Source: an uncultured Gemmatimonadales bacterium
GTDB taxonomy: Bacteria; Gemmatimonadota; Gemmatimonadetes; Longimicrobiales; RSA9
Direction of reading: 5' to 3'
Assembly (NCBI GenBank): GCA_963708135.1
Contig: OY970192.1
Span: forward strand, 256,001-320,000
Length of the DNA stretch: 64,000 nt
How positions within the stretch are numbered: the stretch's first letter is position 1; the number at the start of each line of letters is the position of its first letter. The notes under the pieces are model-generated. The model was not told the DNA's origin. It did no database searches and saw only the letters and a list, made by a program, of their open reading frames with translations. Positions 8,622 to 18,427 of this stretch are shown here, piece by piece. The translations under genes and the position numbers were made by a program.

Positions 8622-9842
8622 CTATTCCAGCGTGCGCCGGAACTGCCGCGTCGCCAGCGCCAGCACGCCGACGGCCATGCCGGCGAGCCACGCGAGCTGC
8701 GGCCAGAGGTCCAGCGGGCCCTCCCCCTTCAGGAAGATCCCGCGCACGATCACCAGGAAATGCCGGATCGGGTTCAGCAGCGTGAGCTCGCGGAACAGCC
8801 ACGGCATGGTTTCGATCGGGTACATGAAGCCGGACAGGATGATGAGCGGCATGAAGAGGAGGAACATCCCCATGAAGGCCTCCTGCTGGGTGTGCGAGAG
8901 GGTCGACACCAGCAGGCCGAAGCCGAGCGCGGCCAGGATGTAGAGGGTGGCGGCGCCGAGCAGGAGGAGGACGCTGCCGCGCAGCGGGATGTGGAACCAG
9001 AAGATCGAGACGGCGGTGATCAGCGCCAGGTCGATGAAGGCGATGATGGCCACGGGCACCGTCTTGCCCAGGATCAGCTCCGTGGCGGAGAGCGGGCTCA
9101 CCATGAGCTGCTCGAGGGTGCCCATCTCGCGCTCGCGCACCACGGAGAGCGCGGTGAGCAGGAGCGACATCAGCATGAGGATGGTGGCGAGCACGCCCGG
9201 CACGTTGTAGACGCGGCTCTCGAGCGAGGGGTTGAACCAGGCGCGGGCGCGCAGGTCGACGCCCTCCGGGATCCGCATGCCGTGGTCCTCGGCGTAGGCC
9301 AGGCCGAAGCGCCGCACGATCTGCGTGAGGTAGCCCTGGGCCACGGTGGCTGTGTTGGAGCTCGTGCCGTCGATGAGCATCTGCACGACGGCGCCGCGGC
9401 CGGCGGCCAGGTCGCGGGCGAAGCCCCGCGGGATCTCGAGCCCGACCACGGCGTGGTTGCCGTCCAGCGCGCGCGCCATGTCGGCGGGGCGCTCGCTCCG
9501 GCCGGCCACGCGGAAGTAGCCGCCCGCCGTGACCGCGTCCACCAGCCGCCTCGCCTCGGCGGTGTGGTCGAGGTCCACGACGTAGAGCGCCGCATTCCGC
9601 ACGTCCGTGTTGACGGCGTAGCCGAAGAGCAGGAGCTGGAGCACCGGGGCGACGAAGACGATCCGCTTCATCTTCGGGTCGCGGAAGATCTGACGCAGCT
9701 CCTTGCGGAGCATCTCGCGCACGCGCAGCGCGGACTCCCGCAGGCGACGTCGCCGTCCGCCACCCGCCATGCCCGCCGCGTCCCGCGCGGGCGGGGCGAC
9801 GGTTCCGGGCGTGCTCGGCGGCCGCGGCGCGGTGCCGCTCAC
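8622..9842 (-). CDS. ABC-2 type transporter permease (YbhR-like)
   Basis: KELRQIFRD, QLLLFGYAVNTDV, WFNPSLESR, VREREMGTLEQLMVSP. GTGA overlap with the upstream stop. Confidence 0.92.
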   Translation of the reverse strand: MSGTAPRPPSTPGTVAPPARDAAGMAGGGRRRRLRESALRVREMLRKELRQIFRDPKMKRIVFVAPVLQLLLFGYAVNTDVRNAALYVVDLDHTAEARRLVDAVTAGGYFRVAGRSERPADMARALDGNHAVVGLEIPRGFARDLAAGRGAVVQMLIDGTSSNTATVAQGYLTQIVRRFGLAYAEDHGMRIPEGVDLRARAWFNPSLESRVYNVPGVLATILMLMSLLLTALSVVREREMGTLEQLMVSPLSATELILGKTVPVAIIAFIDLALITAVSIFWFHIPLRGSVLLLLGAATLYILAALGFGLLVSTLSHTQQEAFMGMFLLFMPLIILSGFMYPIETMPWLFRELTLLNPIRHFLVIVRGIFLKGEGPLDLWPQLAWLAGMAVGVLALATRQFRRTLE

Positions 9843-10957
9843 GCGAGCTCCTTGCGGAACGCGTACGTCGCCAGACCGAGGCCGACGGCGGCGAAGGCGA
9901 TCATGAATGCGCCCTGCACCCAGAGCACCTCGGCGCCCACGCCCTTGAGGAAGATGCCGCGCGTGACGGTGACGAAGTAGCGGGCGGGCACGAGGTAGGT
10001 GATCAGGCGCAGCGGCAGCGGCATGCTGGCGATGTCGAACATGAAGCCGGAGAGGAGCACGGCCGGGAGGAACGTCGCGAGCATGGCGGTCTGCGTGGCC
10101 AGCAGCTGCGAGCGCAGCGCGGCCGAGACGAAGATGCCGAGGCCGAGCGCGCCGAGCAGGAAGAGCAGCGTGAAGGCGGCCAGCAGCGGCAGGCTGCCGC
10201 GCAGCGGGACGCCGAAGATGAGGAGCCCCGCCACCGCCGTCAGCGCCACGTCGAAGAAGCCGATGGCCAGGTAGGGGATCAGCTTGCCGAGGACCACCTC
10301 GAGCCGGCCCACGGGCGTGGCCGCCAGCTGCTCCATGGTGCCGCGCTCCCACTCGCGCGCCACGGTGAGCGCCGTGAGCATGGCGGCGATGACGGTCATG
10401 ACCACGGCGATCAGCCCGGGCACGACCATCCAGCGGCTCTCCAGCCGCGGGTTGTACCAGATGCGCGACTCGGCCCGCACCGGGATCTGCACGGTCCGGC
10501 CCTTCAGCACCACGGCGCGCGACCAGCCGGCCACGATGGCCTGCGCGTAGTTCAGCGCGATCGTGGCCGTGTTGGCGTCGCCGCCATCGAGCAGCAGCTG
10601 CACCCGGGCACCGCGGCCCGCCGCCAGGTCCTTCGCGAAGCCGGGCGGGATGACGAGCGCGCCCAGCACGTCGCCGTGCTCGAGCGGACGGTCGATCCCG
10701 GCGTAGCTGTCCAGCCGGTCCACCACGCTGAAGTAGCCGCTGGCCTCGAACGCCTGCACCAGCGCCCGGCTCCGCTGCGTCACGTCCTGGTCGAGCAGCG
10801 CCAGCTTGATGTCCTTCACGTCCCACGTGATGGCGAAGCCGAAGAAGATGAGCAGCAGGATCGGCAGCAGGAAGGCGAGCGCCATGCTGCGCGGGTCGCG
10901 CCGCAGCTGGATCCACTCCTTCCGCGCCATGGCGCCCAGGCGGCGGCGATCGAGCAT
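9839..10957 (-). CDS. ABC-2 type transporter permease (YbhS-like)
   Basis: KEWIQLRRDPRS, WYNPRLESR, AREWERGTMEQL, LLSGFMFDIASMP; GGAGG RBS. Confidence 0.92.
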   Translation of the reverse strand: MLDRRRLGAMARKEWIQLRRDPRSMALAFLLPILLLIFFGFAITWDVKDIKLALLDQDVTQRSRALVQAFEASGYFSVVDRLDSYAGIDRPLEHGDVLGALVIPPGFAKDLAAGRGARVQLLLDGGDANTATIALNYAQAIVAGWSRAVVLKGRTVQIPVRAESRIWYNPRLESRWMVVPGLIAVVMTVIAAMLTALTVAREWERGTMEQLAATPVGRLEVVLGKLIPYLAIGFFDVALTAVAGLLIFGVPLRGSLPLLAAFTLLFLLGALGLGIFVSAALRSQLLATQTAMLATFLPAVLLSGFMFDIASMPLPLRLITYLVPARYFVTVTRGIFLKGVGAEVLWVQGAFMIAFAAVGLGLATYAFRKELA

Positions 10958-10959
10958 GC

Positions 10960-11898
10960 TCACCCCTCCACCGCGCCGCCCTCGCGGCGCACCAGGGCGA
11001 CGAACACGTCCTCGAGCGACGGGCGCACCGCCTTGATCTCGCGCACCGTGCATCCGGCGTCGGCGAGGCGCGCGGCGACGACGGCGCGGTCGGCGGCCTC
11101 GTCGCTTACCGCCACGTGCACGGCGCGTCCGAACAGCGAGGCCTCCACCACGCCCGGCGTGCCCTGGAGCGCCTCCACCGCGCGCGGCGCATCGTCCACC
11201 GCGACCTCGAGGAGCGGCAGGTCCACCCCCGCGCGCAGCGCCTGCGGCGCGTCCAGCGCGATGAGCCGGCCGCGGTTCATGAGCGCCAGCCGGCGGCAGT
11301 ACTCGGCCTCCTCCATGTAGTGCGTGCTCACGAGCACCGTGGTGCCGCCCTCCGACAGGCCGTTGATCAGGTCCCAGAACGCGCGCCGCGCCACGGGATC
11401 GACGCCCGAGGTGGGCTCGTCCAGGAACAGCACGGCCGGCTCGTGCAGCACCGCGCAGCCGAGCGCGAGCCGCTGCTTGAAGCCGAGCGGCAGGTCCCCC
11501 GTGAGCTGGCGCTCCTGCCCCTCGAGGCCCGCCATCGAGAGCACCCACGCGCGCCGCGCCGCCAGCCGCTCGCCCACCACGCCGTAGAGCCCCGCGAAGA
11601 GCGCGATGTTCTCGCCCACCGAGAGGTCCGGATAGAGCGAGAACTTCTGCGACATGTAGCCGATGCGGCGCCGGATCCGCTCGCCCTCGGTCGCGATGTC
11701 GAGCCCCGTGATCCGGCCCGTCCCCGACGTGGGCGGGAGCAGCCCGGTGAGCATCTTGATCGTCGTCGTCTTGCCCGCGCCGTTCGGGCCCAGAAAGCCG
11801 AAGATCTCGCCCTCCGCCACGTCGAAGCTGACGTGGTCCACGGCCGTGAAGTCGCCGAACTTCCGGGTCAGCTCGCGCACCTCGATGGCGTCAGCCAC
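10960..11898 (-). CDS. ABC transporter ATP-binding protein (YbhF second-domain-like)
   Basis: Walker A GPNGAGKTT, GYMSQKFSLY, LPLGFKQRL, LFLDEPTSGVDP, STHYMEEAE. Confidence 0.95.
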   Translation of the reverse strand: MADAIEVRELTRKFGDFTAVDHVSFDVAEGEIFGFLGPNGAGKTTTIKMLTGLLPPTSGTGRITGLDIATEGERIRRRIGYMSQKFSLYPDLSVGENIALFAGLYGVVGERLAARRAWVLSMAGLEGQERQLTGDLPLGFKQRLALGCAVLHEPAVLFLDEPTSGVDPVARRAFWDLINGLSEGGTTVLVSTHYMEEAEYCRRLALMNRGRLIALDAPQALRAGVDLPLLEVAVDDAPRAVEALQGTPGVVEASLFGRAVHVAVSDEAADRAVVAARLADAGCTVREIKAVRPSLEDVFVALVRREGGAVEG

Positions 11899-12847
11899 GC
11901 CGGCCCGCCCCCGCCACCAGGTGGATGAACACGTCCTCGAGCGAGGGCGCCGTGGCCGCGTCCTCGTGGATGGCGACGCCGCCCGCCTCGAGCGCCGCGC
12001 GCGCCTCCGCCCACGCGGCGCCGGGACGGAGCAGCACGTGCACCGTGTCGCCGTAGAGGGACGCGCTCGCCACCTCGGGCCGCTTCCGCAGCAGGTCGCG
12101 CGCGCGGCGCGGCGCGTCCGTCCACACCGCCCGCAGCTCGCCCGTGAGCCGCGCCTGGAGCCCGGCCGGCGTATCCAGGGCGAGGATCCGGCCGTGGTCG
12201 AGGAGCGCCACCCGGTCGCAGCGCTCCGCCTCGTCCATGTACGACGTCGAAACCACCACGGTCACCCCCGCCGCCACCATCTCGTGCAGGATCAGCCACA
12301 GGTCGCGGCGCGAGATCGGGTCCACCCCGAATGTCGGCTCGTCCAGCAGCAGCACCTCCGGCTGGTGGATCAGCGCGCACGAGAGCGAGAGCTTCTGCTT
12401 CATCCCGCCCGACAGCTTGCCCGCCAGCCGGTCCTCGAAGGGGCCCAGCGCCGAGAAGCGGTAGAGCCGCTCGAGCCGCGCCGCGCGCTCCGCCCGCGGC
12501 ACGTGATAGAGATCCGCGTAGAAGTCCAGGTTCTCCCGCACCGTGAGGTCCTCGTACATCCCGAAGCGCTGCGCCATGTACGCGATGTGCGGCTTCACCC
12601 GCTCCGGCTCGCGCGCCACGCTCACGCCCTGGACGGTCGCATCGCCGGCCGTGGGGCGGAGCACCCCCGCCAGCATGCGGAGCGTCGTCGTCTTGCCCGC
12701 GCCGTCCGGGCCGACGATGCCGAACAGCTCCCCCGGCCGGACCTCGAGCGAAAGGCCGTCCACGGCGACCGCCTCGCCAAAGCGGCGCGTGAGGCGGTCG
12801 AGAACGACGGCGCTTGGCGCCGACGTGCCGATTGCCGCGTCACTCAT
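11891..12847 (-). CDS. ABC transporter ATP-binding protein (YbhF first-domain-like)
   Basis: GPDGAGKTT, LSGGMKQKL, LLLDEPTFGVDP, STSYMDEAE. Confidence 0.95.
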   Translation of the reverse strand: MSDAAIGTSAPSAVVLDRLTRRFGEAVAVDGLSLEVRPGELFGIVGPDGAGKTTTLRMLAGVLRPTAGDATVQGVSVAREPERVKPHIAYMAQRFGMYEDLTVRENLDFYADLYHVPRAERAARLERLYRFSALGPFEDRLAGKLSGGMKQKLSLSCALIHQPEVLLLDEPTFGVDPISRRDLWLILHEMVAAGVTVVVSTSYMDEAERCDRVALLDHGRILALDTPAGLQARLTGELRAVWTDAPRRARDLLRKRPEVASASLYGDTVHVLLRPGAAWAEARAALEAGGVAIHEDAATAPSLEDVFIHLVAGAGRRG

Positions 12848-13120
12848 CACGAGGCGCCTTGCGATCCCGGCGCCGGCCCACCTGCCGAGGACCGGCGCGC
12901 CTGACCTGCCGGGGACCGGCGCGCGTGACCCGCCGGGCGGCTGCTGCGGTGGGGAGGCCCTCTCCGGCCCTGCGAAACGCTCGGCCCACCGCAACCACTT
13001 CCACACCGCCCACCCCGCCACGTGCCTCGCGGACGGCAGTCCTCGGTCCTGCGAGGGCCTCCCCACCTCCGCGGAACGCCCGTGGCGACACGGCCGGCCG
13101 GTGGCGCGCCGGCCGGCGCA

Positions 13121-14125
13121 TCACCGCGCCGCCGTCTCGGCCGGCCGGATCAGGACGTCGGCCGGGACGCCGGGCTTCAGATCGCGCGCCGTGTCGCCGG
13201 CGATCGCGACCTTCACCTCGTAGACCAGCTTCACCCGCTCCTCCTCGGTCTGGACGTTCTTGGGCGTGAACTCCGCCTCGCTGGAGATGAAGCGGACGCG
13301 GCCGGGATAGGTGCGGTCGGGGTAGGCGTCGGAGCTGAGCGTGGCCGGCTCCCCCAGGTGCAGCCGGCCGACCTGGTCCTCCGGGACGTAGATACGGACC
13401 CAGCGGTCGGCCGGGTTCATGAGCGTGACCACCGGCGCCCCGGCCGAGACCGTCTCGCCCGGCTCGCGGTGGCGCACGGTGACGACGCCCGGGAAGGGGG
13501 CGCGGACGACGGCGTTGGCCAGCGTGGCGTCGATCTGCCGGACGTTCGCGCGCGCCTGCGCCACCATCGAGCGCTGCGCCTGCACCCGCTCGGCGCGCGG
13601 GCCGCGCTCGACCAGCCGGAGCTGCTCGAGCGCCTGCTCGTGCTGCGCCTCGGCCATGTCGGCGGCCGTCGTCGCCTTGTCCAGCGCCTCCTGGCTGAGC
13701 GCCCCGCCGCGCTGGAGGGTACGCGTGCGCTCGAGGTCCCTGCGGGCGTCGGCCAGCTTCTGCCGCGCCGAGAGCTCCGCCGCGCGCGCCTGCCGCACCT
13801 CCTCGGGGCGGGAGCCGTGCTCGAGCTCCGCGAGCTGCGCCTCCGCGGCGGCCTCCTGCGCCGCCGCGGCCGCGCGCCGGGCCGCGACCTCCGCCGTGTC
13901 CAGCACCGCCAGCACCTGGCCGCCGGCCACGGCGTCGCCCTCGTGCACCAGGATCTCCGCGATGCGCCCCGGCGCCTGGAAGCCCAGGTCCGCCTCGCGG
14001 GCCTCCACCGTGCCGGACGCGCTCACCTCCGAGGCCGGGCGGCCGCGCCGGAGCGCGAGGAACGCCACGGCCGCCCCGACGATCACCACGACGGCCAGGA
14101 TGGCCGCCCACCGCTTCCGGGTCAT
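13121..14125 (-). CDS. HlyD family efflux periplasmic adaptor (YbhG-like)
   Basis: N-terminal TM, ASGTVEAREADLGF, coiled coil, FISSEAEFTPKNVQT, LKPGVPADV. ATGA overlap with the TolC stop. Confidence 0.93.
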   Translation of the reverse strand: MTRKRWAAILAVVVIVGAAVAFLALRRGRPASEVSASGTVEAREADLGFQAPGRIAEILVHEGDAVAGGQVLAVLDTAEVAARRAAAAAQEAAAEAQLAELEHGSRPEEVRQARAAELSARQKLADARRDLERTRTLQRGGALSQEALDKATTAADMAEAQHEQALEQLRLVERGPRAERVQAQRSMVAQARANVRQIDATLANAVVRAPFPGVVTVRHREPGETVSAGAPVVTLMNPADRWVRIYVPEDQVGRLHLGEPATLSSDAYPDRTYPGRVRFISSEAEFTPKNVQTEEERVKLVYEVKVAIAGDTARDLKPGVPADVLIRPAETAAR

Positions 14126-15540
14126 GGCGTGGACTCCAGGTTGAGGGCGAGCCAGCGCGGCGAGAGCTCGCCGGTCGAGCGCGCGATGTCGATCCTCGCT
14201 CCGAGCAGCGCGTAGCGCGCGCCGGTCAGCGAGGCCTCCGCCTCGTACAGCGCCGCCTCCGCCGCCAGGTAGTCCGTCTGCGTCCCCGCGCCGGCGTTCA
14301 GCGAGAGCGTCTCGATCCGCACCACCTCGCGGGACTGCCGCACGGCCGCCTCCAGCGCGGTCGTGCGGGCCGCCGCCGAGCGCCAGGCGACGAGCGCCGC
14401 ATCCAGCGACCGCGCCACGTCCCGCTCCGCCTGCCGCTCCGCCGCCGCCGCGCTCCTCGCCTCGGCGTCCGCGGCATCCACCGCGCTCGCCCGCGCGCCG
14501 CCCGTGAACAGCGGGTACGAGAGCTGGACGCCCCCCTGCCACTCGCCCTGGGGGCTGCCGCTCGCGCTGCCGTACTCGTTGTAGCGGCCGAGCGTCTGGA
14601 GCCGCGGCAGCCACGCCGCGCGCGCCTCCGAGCGCCCCGCCTCCGCCGCAGCCCGCTCGCGGCGCGCGCGCGCGAGCTCCGGACTCGAGCCGAGCGCTCG
14701 CTCGAGCAGGACGGCCCGGTCCGGTGCCGCCCCCTGGCCCCGCACGGGCGCGAGCGCGCGAGCGTGAACCTGCTCCAGGGGAACATCCATGGCGCGCGCC
14801 AGCTCCCGCTCGGCGGCGTCCGCCTCCGCATCCGCCCCGACACTGTCCGCGCGCGCCCGGGCCAGCGCCGCCTCGGCGCGGACGAGGTCGATCTGGGCGC
14901 CCTTCCCCTCGTGGAACATCTGCCCGGCCCGATCCTCTTCCGCCGCGAGCGCCCGCACCCGGGCCGCCGCCGCCGCGAGTACCTCGCGGCTCGAGCGGAC
15001 GCGCAGGTACGACTTCGCCGCGGCCGCGGTCTGCGCCGCCGCCGCCGCGCTCACCGCCGCGCCCGCCGCGGCCTCCGTCTCCCGCGCCCGGCGCACGCGC
15101 GCGGCGCGCGCGCCGCCGTCGAAGAGGAGCCAGCCGAGCGAGGCGTCGCCCTGGTAGAGCGTGCGGTCGAACGCAGGCGGGCTGCGCAGGTCGAAGCCGT
15201 GCAGCGGCGCCACCACCATCGGCTTCTCGAAGCGGACCGCGCTGCCGTTCACCGACAGGGAGGGCAGCCACGCCGAGCGCGCCTGCCCGACCGCCGCCGC
15301 CGCCCGGTCCTCGCCCGCCCGCGCCGAGGCCACCGCCGGGCTGGCCCCGAGTGCCGCCGCCACCGCCGCGTCCAGCGTCAGCGTGTCTTCCGCCGCGCCC
15401 TGCGCCGCGAGCGGCCCGGCGAGCAGCAGCGGCGCCGCCAGCAGGAGAAGCACTCCGCCGAGCCGCGGGAGATCCCCGCCATGCGTCCGCCGCCACGCCT
15501 CCGCCGCCGTGCCGGCGACGCCTCCCAGGTCCCTCCTCAT
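14122..15540 (-). CDS. TolC family outer membrane efflux protein
   Basis: Signal peptide, TLTLDAAVAAAL, AWLPSLSV, WLLFDGG, LSYPLFTGG. ATGA-coupled to tetR. Confidence 0.9.
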   Translation of the reverse strand: MRRDLGGVAGTAAEAWRRTHGGDLPRLGGVLLLLAAPLLLAGPLAAQGAAEDTLTLDAAVAAALGASPAVASARAGEDRAAAAVGQARSAWLPSLSVNGSAVRFEKPMVVAPLHGFDLRSPPAFDRTLYQGDASLGWLLFDGGARAARVRRARETEAAAGAAVSAAAAAQTAAAAKSYLRVRSSREVLAAAAARVRALAAEEDRAGQMFHEGKGAQIDLVRAEAALARARADSVGADAEADAAERELARAMDVPLEQVHARALAPVRGQGAAPDRAVLLERALGSSPELARARRERAAAEAGRSEARAAWLPRLQTLGRYNEYGSASGSPQGEWQGGVQLSYPLFTGGARASAVDAADAEARSAAAAERQAERDVARSLDAALVAWRSAAARTTALEAAVRQSREVVRIETLSLNAGAGTQTDYLAAEAALYEAEASLTGARYALLGARIDIARSTGELSPRWLALNLESTP

Positions 15541-16268
15541 CGCGCCTCCTCCTCCGTGCTCGCCAGCCCCCGACGCACGAACAGCGCGGCGTGGTCCACC
15601 ATGCGGCGCCGCGTATCCGCCTCGCGCGTGTCCAGCTTCATGATCTTGCGCAACATCGGCCGCGCCAGCGTCATGTGTACCGGCTGCGAGATCACGCTCG
15701 CCGCCATGAGCGAGGCGTCCCCCGGCCGGATCGTGCCGTCCCGCTGCCCCTGCTCCACCGCCCCCCGCAGCGCGGCGAGCATCGGCCGCATCACCGCCGC
15801 CGCCTCCTCCGGCAGCTCCCGCCCCACGATCACCTCCTGCATCATCAGCTGCGGCACCTCCGGATTCGCGTCCAGCGACGCGAAGAACGCCCGCACCACC
15901 GCCTCGATCCGGTCCAGCGGCGCCCCCGGCCCCGCCGCCGCCGCGAGCACCCGCTCCCGGAACGGCCCCACGCACGCCGCCACCACCGCACCGTACAGCG
16001 CCCGCTTCGAGCCGAAGTGGTACGTGATCGCCCCCAGGTTCGCCCCCGCCGCCCGCGTGATCGCACGCACCGACGTGCCATCGTAGCCGTGGCGCGTGAA
16101 GAGCCGCCGCCCCGCGCGGATGAGCGCGTGCGCCGTCGCGGGACCGGGCGAGTCCGCCGCAGCGGACGGCCGCCCGGCCGGGTGGGCCTCGTGGGCTCCG
16201 TGGGTCTGGCTCGCGCCGGCTGGCCGTGCGTGGCCGGCCGTGGTCTTCCTGCCGCTCGATTCCTTCAT
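15537..16268 (-). CDS. TetR/AcrR family regulator (CecR/YbiH-like)
   Basis: HTH LFTRHGYDGTSVRAITRAAGANLGAITYHFGSKRALY; first gene of the efflux operon. Confidence 0.92.
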   Translation of the reverse strand: MKESSGRKTTAGHARPAGASQTHGAHEAHPAGRPSAAADSPGPATAHALIRAGRRLFTRHGYDGTSVRAITRAAGANLGAITYHFGSKRALYGAVVAACVGPFRERVLAAAAGPGAPLDRIEAVVRAFFASLDANPEVPQLMMQEVIVGRELPEEAAAVMRPMLAALRGAVEQGQRDGTIRPGDASLMAASVISQPVHMTLARPMLRKIMKLDTREADTRRRMVDHAALFVRRGLASTEEEAR

Positions 16269-16281
16269 ACGACTGTATGAA
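16264..16281. promoter_or_regulatory. Probable TetR autoregulatory operator
   Basis: Perfect 7-4-7 palindrome TTCATAC-GACT-GTATGAA overlapping the tetR start codon and a putative -10. Confidence 0.75.
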
Positions 16282-16326
16282 TAAGCCGCCGCGACCGCGC
16301 GCGCAAGAGTGGCCTCGGCCGAGAAG

Positions 16327-16366
16327 GGGAGAGTGGGAGAGGGGGAGAGTGGGAGAGTGGGAGACG
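16327..16366 (+). repeat. (GGGAGAGT)-type octamer array, 5 units
   Basis: GGGAGAGT GGGAGAGG GGGAGAGT GGGAGAGT GGGAGACG, followed nearby by CGGTTGCCGG (reverse complement of the 3.8 kb core). Confidence 0.9.
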
Positions 16367-16680
16367 GGTGAGCTCGCGGCGGCGCGCGGGTTGCCGGGGC
16401 GGGAGCGGTTGCCGGCGCACGCCGGCCGGGGCGCGGACGCGCCCATGGCGCGCCGGCGGCGGCCACGACGCTGGCGCACCGGCGATCAAGGTTCTGGCCA
16501 GAACGCGCCGAACGTGCTACCATGGCTCCGCGCAGGCGCAGGATTTCCCCGATCCCGTGTCGCGCGCCAGCCTCGCGTTCCCCGCGTGGGCCGCTTGTCA
16601 CTCGACAAGATGGCATTCCCCGGCACGAGCAGTCGCTCGCGCCGGAGCCGGATCACCTCTCCCTGATCCCGGAGGATCTC

Positions 16681-18123
16681 ATGCGGAGGATTGTCCCTCT
16701 GATCATCGGGCTGGGCCTGGCCGCGTCCGCGTGCGCCGACTCGCCCACCGTGCCGCATTCGGCGGCGCGCGTGCACGCGGCGATGGCCGCCGCTGACAGA
16801 ACGAGCGTCACGGCCGGCGGCTATCTCGTCGCCTTCCGGGGCGGTGGTGTGCCGGCGGGCTTCGCCTCGGACGTGGCGACGCTGGGCGGGCGGGTGCTGT
16901 GGTCGCACGGAGGCGTCGGACTGGCGTCGGTGGCCGGCCTGGATGCCGCGGGGGCGGCGACGCTGGGGCGCTCGCGCGACGTGGCGGAGGTGGACCCGGA
17001 CCCGATCGTTTCGCTGGAAGCGCCGCCGGCCTCACGGATGGTGCGGGCGTCACTCCCGGGAGTGACTGCGGCGGAGAACCCGGCGGGAGCCTTACTCTAC
17101 GGCTGGCAGTGGAACATGCTGGCGATCCATGCGGATGCGGCGTGGTCGAGCGGGCATCTCGGCTCCGCGGCCGTGACCGTGGCGATCCTCGACACGGGGG
17201 TGGACTACGACGACTACGACCTGGCGGGGCTGGTGGACCTGTCGCGCTCGAAGTCGTTCGTGGAGAGCGACGACGAGATCACGGCGACGTACTTCCCGAC
17301 GCGGAGCGCGGTGAGCGACTACAACGGGCACGGGACGAACGTGGCCAGCCAGGTGAGCAGCAACGCGCTCGTCTATGCGGGCGTGACGTCCCGGACGACG
17401 CTGATGGCCGTGAAGGTGCTGGGAGCGGATGGGCAGGGTGGCCTGGGCGCGATTCTGGGCGGGGTGCTCTGGGCGGCGGACCACGGCGCGAACATCGCGA
17501 ACATGAGCCTCGGCGGGGCGTTCGCCAAGGCGGCCGCCGGGCGGCTCACGTCGCTGGTCAACGGTGTCTTCAACTACGCCAGACGTCGGGGCATGTTGAT
17601 CGTTGTCTCGGCGGGCAACGACTCCGAGGACATGGACCACGACGGCAACCTGAACGTGATCTTCTGCGCCTCGCCGCACGTGCTGTGCGTGTCGGCGCTG
17701 GGTCCCACCCTGCCCGACGGTTCGCCGGACGAGTTCGCGGGCTACAGCAACTACGGTCGCTCCGAGATCTCCGTGGCGGCACCCGGGGGGAACATCGGCT
17801 CCGAGGTCGCGCTCTGGCCCTGGGGCGCCGGAAGCGCATCGGCGGTCTGGAGCCTCTGCTCGAAGACCTACCTCTCGGGCGGCGACCCCACCGCGCTGCC
17901 CTGCGCGAACGGCCTGGGCCTTCTGGGCTACGCCGGCACCAGCCAGGCGGCTCCGCACGTCTCCGGCCTGGCCGCGCTCCTCGCCGCCGGGGGGATCACC
18001 GACCCCGCGCAGCTCAAGGCGATCATCCAGAAGTCCGCTGTGGATCTCGGGCAGCCGGGCGTGGATCCGTTCTACGGCGCCGGCCGGATCGATGTGGCGC
18101 GGGCGCTGGAGCTGTTGCGGTAG
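16681..18123 (+). CDS. S8 subtilisin-family serine protease, lipoprotein
   Basis: GGAGG RBS and lipobox LAASAC. Triad motifs ILDTG, NGHGT, GTSQAAPHV; oxyanion SAGN. Confidence 0.93.
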   Translation: MRRIVPLIIGLGLAASACADSPTVPHSAARVHAAMAAADRTSVTAGGYLVAFRGGGVPAGFASDVATLGGRVLWSHGGVGLASVAGLDAAGAATLGRSRDVAEVDPDPIVSLEAPPASRMVRASLPGVTAAENPAGALLYGWQWNMLAIHADAAWSSGHLGSAAVTVAILDTGVDYDDYDLAGLVDLSRSKSFVESDDEITATYFPTRSAVSDYNGHGTNVASQVSSNALVYAGVTSRTTLMAVKVLGADGQGGLGAILGGVLWAADHGANIANMSLGGAFAKAAAGRLTSLVNGVFNYARRRGMLIVVSAGNDSEDMDHDGNLNVIFCASPHVLCVSALGPTLPDGSPDEFAGYSNYGRSEISVAAPGGNIGSEVALWPWGAGSASAVWSLCSKTYLSGGDPTALPCANGLGLLGYAGTSQAAPHVSGLAALLAAGGITDPAQLKAIIQKSAVDLGQPGVDPFYGAGRIDVARALELLR

Positions 18124-18173
18124 GACCTGCCCGGCGGGCGACGGTCGGTGCGGGCGCACCGGCCTCCGGCGAA

Positions 18174-18403
18174 GGGGAGTGGGAGAGTCGGAGAGTGGGG
18201 GAGCGCGGCGGCCTCGCGGCGCTCCTCCGATTCCCGTGCGCGGCGACGATCCCGGCGCGCGACCGTGCGAACGGCGCGACCGCCGCTGCCGGGTGAGCTG
18301 CGGCCGCCCGCGCGGCCGCGCACCCCGCGCGCCGCTCCCGGGCGCGGTGGCGTGCGGCGCGCGAGGACGGTCGCCCGTCCCCCACTCCCCACTCCCCCGC
18401 TCT
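18174..18403. repeat. Intergenic cassette with G-rich left and C-rich right octamer caps and one inverted copy of the 3.8 kb unit
   Basis: GGGGAGTGGGAGAGTCGGAGAGTGGGG ... CCCCACTCCCCACTCCCCCGCTCT. Internal GACGATCCCGGCGCGCGAC is the reverse complement of 3848-3866. Confidence 0.85.
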
Positions 18404-18427
18404 GACGACCCCTGTCCCGGCCGCCCC

